Positions 27,001-38,146 of a stretch of DNA of 64,000 bases are shown in pieces. The position numbers were made by a program, and so were the translations under genes. Each line of letters begins with the position of its first letter. The first letter of the stretch is position 1. Under the pieces are notes generated by a model, which saw only the letters and a list, made by a program, of their open reading frames with translations, searched no databases and was not told the origin of the DNA. Source of the DNA: Basidiobolus meristosporus CBS 931.73. Its lineage: Eukaryota; Fungi; Basidiobolomycota. The DNA is taken from assembly GCA_002104905.1 (NCBI GenBank), contig MCFE01000164.1, forward strand, positions 62,001 to 126,000, written 5' to 3'.

Positions 27001-29749
27001 AGTTGCCACTGCTGTATACCTTAAAAATAGGAGTTATAACAGAATACTTTGTGATTCTACTCCATTTGAGGCATGGTATGGATACAGACCAAGTGCAGAA
27101 CATCTAAGAATATTTGGGTGTACAGCATATGCCAAGAAAATGCCTGGAAATTGGTCAAAATTTGAGCCAAAAAGTGTAAAATGCATATTTTTGGGCTACT
27201 GCAATGAGAGTAAGGCATACAGACTCTACAATACCAAAAATTATCTTATAATTCTTGGGTGGAATTAGTTGCCACAGCTGTTTATCTTAAACAGGAGTTA
27301 TAAAGCAATACTTTGTGATTCTACTCCATTTGAAGCATGGTATGGCTAAAGATCAAGTGCAGAACATCTAAGAATGTTTAGGTGTACAGCATATGCCAAG
27401 AAACTGCCTGAAAATCAGTCAAAATTTGATCCAAAAAGTGTAAAATGCATATTTTTGGGTTACTGCAGTGAGAGTAATGCAAACAGACTCCGCAATACCA
27501 AAGCAAAGAAGCTAAGCAAGTCCAGGGATGTGTTGTTTAATGAAAATTCAAAATATTCACAGAAAATGACATCAGATGATGATAAAAATCTGATCTCAAG
27601 TCTACCAATTGTCAGGACTGAATTAGAGTAAAACAGTGAGGATTTTCTCACTTCAGGAGACTCTACAACTGTGATTCAGCCTGAATCAGTGCCTAGGAAT
27701 ATCCCAGAAGTGATCATTTCAGTATCAAATTCCTGGAGATCCAACTGGACATGAAATAGCCAAAGTTACTATATCAATGAGGGTACAAACTTATTGTATG
27801 CCTAATCAGTAGATGTTGATGAGCCCCAGACTGTAAAAGAGGCCCTAAATAGCCCTCAGACAAAGTTTTGGAGATTGTCAATGACTGAGAAATATCAGGC
27901 CCTGATGGAAAATCAAACTTGGGACTTAGTCAAGTTACCATTCAACCAAAAATCAGCTGGATGCAGATGGGTCTTCAAGACAAAATACAAGGCTAATGGT
28001 GCAATTGAAAGATACAAAGCAAGACTTGTGGCCAAAGGATACTCTCACACAGAAGGGCTTGACTATACCAAGACCTTTGCACCAGTAGCCAAGCTTAATT
28101 CCATCAGATTGATATTGGCTATTGTAGTTATATGTAAGATTCTTATTCATCAATTGGATGTAAAAGCTGCAATTTTGAGTGGAGAACTTGCAGAGGACAT
28201 GTATATGGACCAGCCTGATGGGTTTGCTGACCAGATAACTCCCATATGGTCTGCAAGCTTTAAAAGTCACTCTATGGTCTCAAACAATCACCAATATTCT
28301 GGAATTGCAAGATAGATTCTCATTTGGAATCTTTGAGCTTCAAGAGGAGTAATGCTGGCCATAGAATATACTATAAGCCAGATAGAGCAAATCTAGTTCT
28401 ATAAGTGCTATATGTGGATGATCTTATTATAGCCGCCAATAACCTAGAAACATTAGAAGAAACTAAACCCAGCCTTTCTAAGGAATTCAAGATGTCCAAT
28501 CTGGGAGAACTCAATTACTACATAGAGATTAATTTCTCCATAGACAGACATACCCTGACTATTACCCTAGGCCAATCCAAGTATATTCAAGATATACTAA
28601 AGAAGTACCAAATGGAAGACTGTAAGCCAGCAGCTACCCCAATGGATACAAACCTTAACTTGTCAAAACTCAACCAAATCAAGAGAGCTTAGTGCCATCT
28701 GTAAGCCCTGACTTTCTTTATCAATCCACAGTCAGCAATCTGATGTGTATCATGCTTAGAACATGTTCAGATACCTCATATTCAGTGGGAGTTGTCAGCC
28801 AACATAATCAGAACTATGGATCTGATCATATTGCAGCAGTTAAGCGGATTTTTAGATACCTATATGGAATTGCTGATATCTGCTTAAGATACACTTATAA
28901 CAGTTCAGAACAGGATCTTGTGGGATACTCTGATGCAGATTGGGGGCAGAATTTGGAAGTCAGAAGATCCACCACAGGATACACCTTTCTTTACTGTAAA
29001 GGAGCCATTTCATGGAATTCAAGAAAGCAGCCAACTGTAGCACTTTCTACCACAGAGGCAGAGTATATAGCAGCCTGTAAAGCTACAAAAGAAGCAATGT
29101 GGTTAAGAAAGCTTCTTACAGATTTGGGCCTAAGTCAAAAAACACCTATTACTTTATTTCAAGATAATCAAGGATGTATACAATTAGGTAGAAATCCATC
29201 TTTTCATGCTAGAACTAAGCACATAGATATTAGACATCATTTCATACGTGAAGCTATAGAGAATAACCTAGTTAGCTTAGTTTACTGTCCTACAGACGAA
29301 ATGATTGCAGACATATTTACCAAACCATTAGCTAGAGACCAGTTTGAATATTGTAGGTCAAATTAGGACTGGTCAGTGTGAACATTTAGCTGAGTGGGAG
29401 TGTTGTAAAAATTTGTAATTCCACCTAAATATTCACATAACCTAGTGACTTGGATCATAACCTTCAAATCCTAGAGAATACTGACCAAATTCTTTATTGG
29501 GATTTATTTAGAATATTTTCACCAAAATACCAGATACCCAGAACATTGAAATTATCAAAGTTGTCCAAACAGCACCAAATTTTGCACACATGCTGTTGGG
29601 ACCTTCCTTAGCCTATTCTATGTGTTTGTAATGCCAAGACCATGTAAAAGTATTGATACTACTTTTACATTCAATATAACATTAAGCAAAAACCACATAA
29701 TCAACTTGTTCACCCAATCACTTCCAATATCTCCAAGACTCTTACCACA
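24098..29749 (+). mobile_element. Ty1/copia element A (full-length, inactivated): LTRs 24098-24445 and 29401-29749
   Basis: TG…CA LTRs of ~349 bp. PBS GGTTATGAGCCC at 24446. gag (AEKLDGSNY), CNYCKRKG knuckle, GAG-pre-integrase LWHRRFG, integrase, RT (YVDDL), RNase H (GYSDADW…TEAEY…TKHIDIRHH). PPT agctgagtgggag. Flanks taaag/ccttc do not match. Confidence 0.93.
24796..25507. mobile_element. Foldback/MITE-like element, copy 2, inserted in copia gag
   Basis: Same termini as 18995-19728. AAT TSD at 24793-24795 and 25508-25510. Removing it restores gctaagaaaatgtatctg (AKKMYL). The spacer is in the opposite orientation to copy 1. Confidence 0.9.
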
Positions 29750-30440
29750 CCTTCCATATATGTAATCTAAGGTCAATCTTCAGTTCTGGACTCTAGGGCT
29801 GATACAAGGCCCTGAAACCTGTCTGTCAGGCTATTCAGGATGGTAACTTTCACATCCTCATCAGTAGTTGGTACACCCACAGATTCCATCTCATCTACCA
29901 GCAGGGTAATTCTCTTGATTAGATTTTTCATTTCTTCTCCTGGCAGCATCTTTGTAGTAATGAATTTTTGTCTCAGATACATTTTCTTGGCAGCTGAACA
30001 TAACTGGTAGATTTCTTCTAATGCCTTCCAGGCTATCTTTGCTGTTTTTGCTCTTGAGCATTGAATTAGCAATTAGACTTTAACATTAAGGCAAATGCAG
30101 TTAAAGGCACTTTGTTCTTTCTTTTGGTACTTTAAGGCTTCCTCTCCTACATTTTTAGGAGGGCATTCTTTTCCCATGACAATATCCCAAAGGCCTCTTT
30201 CTTGTAGCAGCATCTTCATCTCCACCTTTGACACTTAGTAGTTAGATCCATCCAAATTTTCAGCAGAGGGAAAAATTCCAGTAATAGCAGTAGTAGACAT
30301 TGCAGCAAGTGACAGCTTGGGGCTCATAACCTGTTGTAAGAGTCTTGGAGATATTGGAAGTTATTGGGAGAACAAGTAGATTATGTGGTTTTCACTTAAT
30401 GATTTATTGAATGTAAAATTAGCATTTATACTTTTACATG
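29750..30440 (-). mobile_element. Copia fragment B (gag 5' half, PBS 30320-30331, partial LTR)
   Basis: AAKKMYLRQKF gag ORF at 29773-30072; gggctcataacc adjoining tgttgtaagagtc. Confidence 0.85.
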
Positions 30441-33400
30441 GTTGGTTGCTTTCTTGAATTCCATGAAATGGCTCCTTTACAGTAAAGAAAGGTGTATCCT
30501 GTGGTGGATCTTCTATCTTCCAAATTTTATCCCCAATCTGTCTCAGAGTATCCCACAAGATCCTGTTCTGAATTGTTATAAGTGCATCTTAAGCAGATAT
30601 CAGCAGTTCTTTTTAGGTCTCTAAAAATCCGCTTAACTGCTGCAATATGATCAGATCCATAGTTCTGATTATGTTGGCTGACAACTCCCACTGAATATGG
30701 GATATCTGGATGTGTTCCAAGCATGATGTACAGCAGACTGCCAGCCATAGATTGATAAAGAAAGTCAGGGCTTAAAGATGGCACCAAGCTCTCTTGATTT
30801 GGTTGAGTTTTGACCAGGTCAAGGTTTGCCTCCATTGGGGTAGCTGCCGGTTTACAGTCCTCCATTTTGTACTTCTTTAGTATATCTTGAATATACATGG
30901 ATTGGCTTAGGGTAATAGTCTAGGTACTTCTGTCTATGGAGAACTTAATCCCTAAGTAGTAATTAAGCTCCCCTAGATTGGACATCTTGAACTCCTTAGA
31001 TAGGCAGGATTTAGTCTCTTCCAATGTTTCTAGGTTATTGGTGGCTATAACAAGATCATCCACCTACAGAGCTAATAGAGCTAGATTTGCTCTATCTGGC
31101 TTATAGTATATACTATAGTTTGCTCTATCTGGCTTATAATATATGCTACAGTCAGCATTACTCCTTTTGAAACTCAAAGATTCCAAATAAGAATCTATCT
31201 TGCAATTCCAGGCACTTGGTGATTGTTTGAGACCATATAGTGACTTTTTAAGCTTGCAGACCAAATGGGGGTTATCTTGGTCAACAAACCCATCAGGCTG
31301 GTCCATATACATGTCCTCTTCAAGTTCTCCATTCAAAATGCAGTTTTATATCCATTTGGTGAATAAAAAACATATATTTGGCTGCAATAGCCAATATTAA
31401 TCTAATAGAATTTAACTTGGCTACCAGTGCAAAGGTCTTAGTATAGGCAAGTCTTTTTGTTTGAGAGTATCCTTTGGCTACAAGTCTTGCTTTGTATCTT
31501 TCAATTGTACAATCAGCCTTGTATTTTGTCTTGAAGACCCATCTGCATCCAATTGATTTTTGGTTGATTGGTAATTTGACCAAGTCCCAAGTTTGATTTT
31601 CCATCAGGGCTGATATTCCTCAGTCATTGCAGATCTCCAAAACTTTGTCTAAGGGCTATTTAGGGCCTCTTTTACAGTCTGGGGTTCATGAATATGGACT
31701 GAATAGGCATAGGCTAAGTTTGTACCCTCATGATATAATAATTTGGGCTATTTCTTGTCCAATTGGATCTCCAAGCATTTGATACTGGAATGATCACTTC
31801 TGGGATATTCCTGGGTACTGATTCTGGCTGAACCACAGTTGTAGAGTCCTCTGGAGTGAAAAAATTTCATTATTTTGCTCTGATTCAATCCTGACAATTG
31901 GTGGACTTAACAGATGATGACAAAAATTGGATCTTGTCATTTTTTGTGAAAATATTGAATTTTCATCAAACATTACATCCCTTGACTTGCTTAGCTTCTT
32001 TGCTTTGGTATTGTAGAGTCTGTATGCCTTACTCTTGTTGCAGTAGCCCAAAAATATGCATTTTACACTTTTTGGCTCAAATTTTGACCAATTTCCAGGC
32101 ATTTTCTTGGCATATGCTGTACACCCAAGTATTCTTAGATGTTCTGCCCTTGGCCTGTATCCATACCATGCTTCAAATGGAGTAGAATCACAAAGTATTC
32201 TGTTATAACTCCTATTTTTAAGGTATGCAGCAGTGGCAACTGATTCCGCCCAAAAATCATAGGATAATTTTTGATCATGGATCATATATCTTGCCATATC
32301 AATTATTGATCTGTTAGCATGTTCTGCTACTCCATTTTGCTGTGGGGAGTATGGTACAGTAGTCTCTTGCTTTATCCCATGAATTTTGCAGAAGTGGATG
32401 AAGAGCTTTGAGGTATACTCTCCACCATTATCAGAGTGAATTTTCTTGATTTTTTCACCAGTTTCTCTCTCCACCATGGCTTTAAACTCCCTGAACTTAG
32501 ACAGAGCTTCTTCCTTTCTCTCCATGAAGTAGACCCATGTGTATCTTGAATAATCATCAATAAAAGTGATTAAATACTTCATCCCACCTAAGCATGAATC
32601 TTGCATAGGTCCATGCAGATCTGAGTGAATTAGATCTAATTTTTCTTAGTTTTGATTAACCCAGAGCTCTTGAACAGTTGTCTGGCTTGTTTCCCATATA
32701 TGCAGGCCTCACAGTGCTCCAAATTAGCTGGGGATCAATTTCACTCCAGAAATTAGCTGATCTTTGATCATTTTGCACAAATAATCAAAATTGATGTGTC
32801 CAAATCTCCTGTGCCAAAGCATTGGTGTTTCTTCACTTAAGTTACTTATATTGGCTTCCAGATATGATGGAATATAAGTCAACTTGTATATATTCTGATC
32901 TCTGATGCCCAAAGCAATATGGGCACCATTTTGATCAGTGATCCTGCATCCAGAATTGTCAAAACTGAAACTGAGTCCTTCTGCTGTGGCCTTACTTACA
33001 GAGAGTAGGTTCTTGGCTATTTCTGGCACATAGAGTACTTCTTTAAAGGTCAGTGTATGGCTTCCTTCACTGCTTCTAAGGTTTACTTGGATAGTTCCTT
33101 CTCCCACTGCATCAAGTGTTCTATTGTCACCCATGAAAACCTTCTTAATTGGAATTTCTTGATATTGGGTAAAAAGTTCTTTTTGGTGTGTAAAGTGATG
33201 AGAAGCTCCAGAGTCAATATACCACATCTGAGAATCCTTGTTTGTGGTCATATTTAGTGCAGATATGAATAGTCTATCTTCAGTTGTTGCAGCATCTCCA
33301 TATTCAGGCTTCTTTTGCTGATAATCTCTCTTTTGGAGACACCAGTCTGAAGTGTGCCCTTTCCTTTTGCAGTAGTTGCAAAATAGGTTGCTGTTGCCTT

Positions 33401-34435
33401 TGTAGGGTCTTGGGTACCTCCTTTGTTGGCTATCATTGCTTATTAAAGCATTTTCTTTTTCCTTCTTATTGGTACTTGATTTTCTTAATTCTTCATCTAG
33501 GAGCCTTCCATATATGTAATTTAAGGTCAAATCTTCAGTTCCAGACTCCAGGGCTGATACAAGGCCCTAAACCTTGTCTGTCAGGCTATTCAGGATGGTA
33601 ACTGTTACATCCTCATCAGTAGTAGGTATGCCCATATATTCCATCTCATCTACCAGCAGGGTAAATCTGTTAATTAGATTTTTCATTTCTTCTCCAGGCT
33701 GCATCTTTGTAGTAAAGAATTTTCATCTCAGATACATTTTCTTGGCAGCTGAACATAACTGGTAGGTGTCTTCTAATGCCTTCCAGGCATTCTTTGCCTT
33801 TTTTGCTCTTGAGCATTGAATTAGCAATATGTCCTTAACATCTAGGCAAATGCAGTTAAAGGCACTTTATTCTTTCTTATGGTACTTTAAGGCTTCCTCT
33901 CCCACATTTTTAGGAGGGCATTCTTCTCCCATGACAATATCCCAATGGCCTCTTTCTTGTAGCAGCATCTTCATCTCCACCTTCCACACTTAGTAGTTAG
34001 ATCCATGCAACTTTTCAGCAGAGGGAAAAATTCCAGTAATAGCAGTAGTAGACATTGCAGAGAGGGACAGCTTGGGGCTCATAACCTGTTGTAAGAGTCT
34101 TGGAGATATTGGAAGTTATTAGGAGAACAAGTAGATTATGTGGTTTTCACTTAATGGTTTATTGAGTGTAAAAGTAGTATTTATACTATTACAAGGTCTT
34201 GGCATAGCTAACACTTGAAACAGGCTACAAAAGGTCCCAAGAATATGTGTGCAAAGTTTGGGGTTGTTTGGACAACTTGCAGAATTTTCATGTTCTAGGT
34301 ACCTGGTATTTTGGTGAAAGTATTCCAAGTAAATCCCAACAAGGAATTTGGTCAGTATTCTCTAGGATATGAAGGTAATGATCTAAGTGACTAAGCTAGG
34401 TGAATATTTAGGTGGAATTACAAAATTTTACAATA
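30441..34435 (-). mobile_element. Copia element C (5' LTR 34087-34435, gag-pol to partial RNase H)
   Basis: ORFs 32724-33530 (knuckle CNYCKRKGHTSDWC, protease WYIDSGAS), 31794-32606 (integrase), 31064-31604 (RT). In-frame 33-bp duplication at 31086-31151. Confidence 0.92.
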
Positions 34436-35310
34436 AAAGGAACTGCTGATATCTGCTTAGGATACACTTATAAGGATTCAGAACAGGATCTTGTAGGATA
34501 CCCTGATGCTGATTTGGAACAAAATTTGGAAGATGGAAGATCCACCACAGGATACACCTTTCTTTACTGTAATGGAGCAATTTCATGTAATTCAAGAAAG
34601 CAACCAACCATAGCAATTTCTACCACAGAGGCAGTGTATATAGCAGCCTGTGAAGCTACAAAAGAGGCAATGTTGTTAAGAAAGCTTTTTACAGATTTAG
34701 GCCTATGTCAAAAAATGCCTTTTACCTTATTTCAAGATAAACAAGGATATATACAATTAGGTAGAAATCCAACTTTTCATGATAGAACTAAGCACATAGA
34801 TATTGGACATCATTTCATATGTGAAGTTATAGAGAATAACCTAGCTTAGTTTACTGCCCTTTAGATGCAATGATTGCAGACAGATTAACCAAACCATTAG
34901 CTAGAGACCAGTTTGAATAGCTTAGGTCAAAATTAGGACTGGTCAGTATGAACATTTAGCTGAGTGGGAGTGTTGTAAAAGTTGGTAATTCCACCTAAAT
35001 ATTCACCTAACTTAGTCACTTAGATCATTACCTTCAAATCCTAGAGAATACTGACCAAATTCCTTGTTGGGATTGGCTTGGAATATTTTCACCAAAATAT
35101 CAGGTACCTAGAACATGAAAATTCTCCAAGTTGTCCAAACTACCCCAAACTTTGCACACACATACTTGTGATCTTCCTACACATATCATAAGTGTTTGTT
35201 TTGCCCAGACTGTGTAAAAATACAAATTCTACATTTTCACTCAATAATCATCAAGTGAGTAACACAATATACATGTAATATTTGAAGTAAATATCTATCA
35301 AGAACTTGAA
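34436..35310 (+). mobile_element. Copia fragment D (RNase H, PPT, 3' LTR from 34971)
   Basis: KGTADICLGY…TKHIDIGHH, then gctgagtgggag-TGTTGTAAAA. The LTR degenerates at ~35250-35310. Confidence 0.85.
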
Positions 35311-35834
35311 CTGGGATTAGTACAGCTCATAATTTGTGGTCCAAGTGAGCAAGTTGATGGAAAATCCGGGGGTAAATATGGGATTTTCATCACAATGATC
35401 AATACAATATGTGGTTGGGTAAGACTGGCATACCGAAGTGAGCCCACACGGCAATGGTGAGTACGGAAGTGTAAAGTTGAAGTCTGACAAGCATTATAGA
35501 TACCACCCAGGGCCTAAGAAGGCCTAATTGGGTTTTTATGGATGGTTCGTTGATGGACAAAACTCAACTATGCCAGTTCCTATAGCCACAGTGTTTTGCT
35601 GACCAATGGTCAGCAAGGGCTGCCATACAAAGAGTAAATATGACACGGAGGATTGGCCAGTTGAGCCAACCCGGCGGTATTCAGACCACCGTGTTACTGA
35701 TGAGCAGATCAATGGGTACTTAAGGTTTTTCCAAGATTTCTCCGGAACGCCTTATCGCGCAGGATCCAGAAGATCATCCCAGAGATGGAGCCCAAAAGAA
35801 TTCCACCTCGGGCAAAGATCAAGGGGGGGGGAAA

Positions 35835-35858
35835 GAAATTTTTCACGTCATGTGACTC
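35835..35858 (+). promoter_or_regulatory. Putative RP-gene promoter motifs (RRPE-like gaaatttttca; Homol-D-like tgtgactc)
   Basis: Located ~130-150 nt upstream of the RPS21 ATG. One mismatch each to AAAATTTTTCA and TGTGACTG. Confidence 0.35.
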
Positions 35859-35983
35859 ACGCCTGGCAGATCTCCGACCAGGCTCAGAGGAGTCAAAACC
35901 CCCCAAGGTGCGGTCTGGAAATCCTCCTTTCTTTCCCCATCGCCGTAAAGCTTCGTCTTTCGTTGACTACGTAACTTCAAACA

Positions 35984-36244
35984 ATGGAAAACGATCAAGG
36001 TGTCCTCGTCGACTTGTATGTCCCCCGTAAATGCTCCGCTACCGGACGTCTCATTCCTGCCAAGGATCACGCTTCAGTTCAAATCAACATTGGTGAAGTC
36101 GATGCCGAAGGCCGTTACACCGGTTCTTTCCAAACCTACGCTTTCTCCGGATTCGTTCGCAAGCTCGGTGAGTCCGATGACTCTCTCAACCGTCTTGCCA
36201 CCAAGGATGGTTTCTTGAAGAACGTCTGGTCCTACCAGAAGTAA
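35984..36244 (+). CDS. RPS21: 40S ribosomal protein S21 (eS21), 86 aa, no coding intron
   Basis: [37 protein letters not shown]…SDDSLNRL is the eS21 signature. AATAAA at 36299-36304. Confidence 0.98.
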   Translation: MENDQGVLVDLYVPRKCSATGRLIPAKDHASVQINIGEVDAEGRYTGSFQTYAFSGFVRKLGESDDSLNRLATKDGFLKNVWSYQK

Positions 36245-36739
36245 GTTCGGAAGCCCTGGGTCGTTTGACCACCGGAGGTGCTCCGTACTCGTCTATTCAA
36301 TAAACTGGTGTTATTCCAAGATGGATTTGCGTTCTTTTTCGATGGATGGGATGATGAGTAGTTGGATACTCAGCCGACTTCGTGTCCTTGAAAGTATCTC
36401 GGGATGTGGTTGGAGACGATGCCAGAAATCCCTACGACTGTCTTCAATCTAGGTTAGAGGATACAAACCTCTCACATCTGTTGGGTAACGTGGTATTGTT
36501 TATTGGGTCAAGTCGGAATTAGAAAGAATATACAGGCTTGAATCAAAGTGGCCCGAGCAGAGCGTGCCCAAGGGATATGGACATAGAAGACTATGGGATC
36601 TGGAATACATAATACGGACTCTATTAAGATTAGTTGGTGTGGTGCATGTTCATGCTTAATTACTAGCAGGGTTGAAGGTATTGGTAGTGATAATGTGCGG
36701 TTCCGTGGATGAGAATGTTACCCGGCAACATTCACAAGT

Positions 36740-38146
36740 TTACTTCGTGGCGAGGGCATTAGACTCCCTGACTTCATCCATCCCATCTGTATCGACATTG
36801 GATCCGATGCGTCCCAAAAACATCTTCAGTCGCAGCCGAGCTGCCTCCAGGTACAACCGCTGTGGTGTACCCTTGATGATGTTGCTATGTACGAGTCTAA
36901 CAAACGTGTAGAACTCGCACACGGAAAATAGCCTCTCTCTGCAGTAGGCACAGATATCCTTGGGCTCGCTGTCGGAATCATCGTATCGAATACGGTACAT
37001 GTTGGGGGTATTGATGTGCTGAAGACATAGGTTGCAAGAGTCGGTGGTGATGGCCGGGATTGAGGGTTTTGAGGGGGAGGAAACTGGCGAGGAAACTGGG
37101 GAGCCGATATTGACCGATTCTATGATAAGTGTGCCGGATTGGGTAGCATTGGCTAGCTTACGTTGCTGGAACCAGCTACGAACGTTGAAGGACTCGAACC
37201 GCATAGCAGGCTCGATATCCTCAGCGGCGACTCTCTTCATGAATTTCGTGGAGAGCAGGCTTTTCGGGTTGGTCGGGGTTTCCAAAAATTCCTTGAATTC
37301 GTCGAACCGAAAGTCGCCCAGGTGGAATGTGAGCTCGGACTCGCTACTTCCGCATTCGTACTCCGAACATGAGCTATCGTAGGCGGAATCGGAGGGGACG
37401 GATGAAAGGGATAACCGGTTGCTACCGTTTTTGCTTAATCGATATGAGGATCTGGGTGATCCGGAGATACTGCCATCCATGAGTGCCAACTCCAACTCGT
37501 CCCGCTCTTTCTCCATCCTGATCCTCTCGGCGGACTCCTTGTCCTTTTCGTCGGCAGTCTGAACCAGCCTCGACTTCAGGTCATCCAGCTGCTCCTTCTG
37601 GGAATTGGTCAGCCCCTGCACCTCCATCAATTTGCGCTTCAAGATGGTATGCTTGCGCTCGGCTTCCAAGCGCAACTTCTTCTCCGTGGCAACCATGGTG
37701 TTTGCCTCTTCGAAGAGTTTGGCGGACAGATCTTCCAGCTCGGATTCGATCTGAAACTTGGCGTGCTCGATCTCGCTTCTGGTGGCAGTCTCGGCTATCA
37801 GCTTTTCCGCGAGGCTCTGCATGTCGAGCTGCAGCTGGGTGGCGTCGGAATTGCGAATCTGCGAGAGTGCGGAGCGCAGCTCGTCCACCATATCCTTGGC
37901 ATTTTGCAGGTCGAGTTGGGCCTTGGCCAGCTCCAACTCGACCGCCGTCTTCTGCTCAGTGACGTTCTTCAGGTTGGTGTTCAAGGTTTCTCTCTCGTCC
38001 TGCAGTCTCAGGATTTCCTGCTCCAGCTCCCCCACACGACCCTTGGAAGGAACACCGCCCGAAAGTTCGTTGGAGGGGAGCGTGCGAGAGACCCCCTCTT
38101 GACCACCACACAAAGCCCCGCATTGTGTGCAGTTGGTTTGGGACAT
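36740..38146 (-). CDS. SEC2: Sec2/Rabin8-like Rab guanine-nucleotide exchange factor, 468 aa
   Basis: Coiled coil with IESELEDLSAKLFEEANTMVA (Sec2p GEF core). C-terminal CNLC…CAYCRERLFSVCEFYTFVR. First ATG at 38146; the track's upstream start is a non-ATG codon. Confidence 0.9.
   Translation of the reverse strand: MSQTNCTQCGALCGGQEGVSRTLPSNELSGGVPSKGRVGELEQEILRLQDERETLNTNLKNVTEQKTAVELELAKAQLDLQNAKDMVDELRSALSQIRNSDATQLQLDMQSLAEKLIAETATRSEIEHAKFQIESELEDLSAKLFEEANTMVATEKKLRLEAERKHTILKRKLMEVQGLTNSQKEQLDDLKSRLVQTADEKDKESAERIRMEKERDELELALMDGSISGSPRSSYRLSKNGSNRLSLSSVPSDSAYDSSCSEYECGSSESELTFHLGDFRFDEFKEFLETPTNPKSLLSTKFMKRVAAEDIEPAMRFESFNVRSWFQQRKLANATQSGTLIIESVNIGSPVSSPVSSPSKPSIPAITTDSCNLCLQHINTPNMYRIRYDDSDSEPKDICAYCRERLFSVCEFYTFVRLVHSNIIKGTPQRLYLEAARLRLKMFLGRIGSNVDTDGMDEVRESNALATK

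Noticed and set aside
36241-36320. GTAAGT donor overlapping the RPS21 stop, with a possible acceptor at 36320
   Set aside because: The unspliced protein already has the normal eS21 length and ending. An AATAAA lies inside the would-be intron, and splicing would add an atypical tail.
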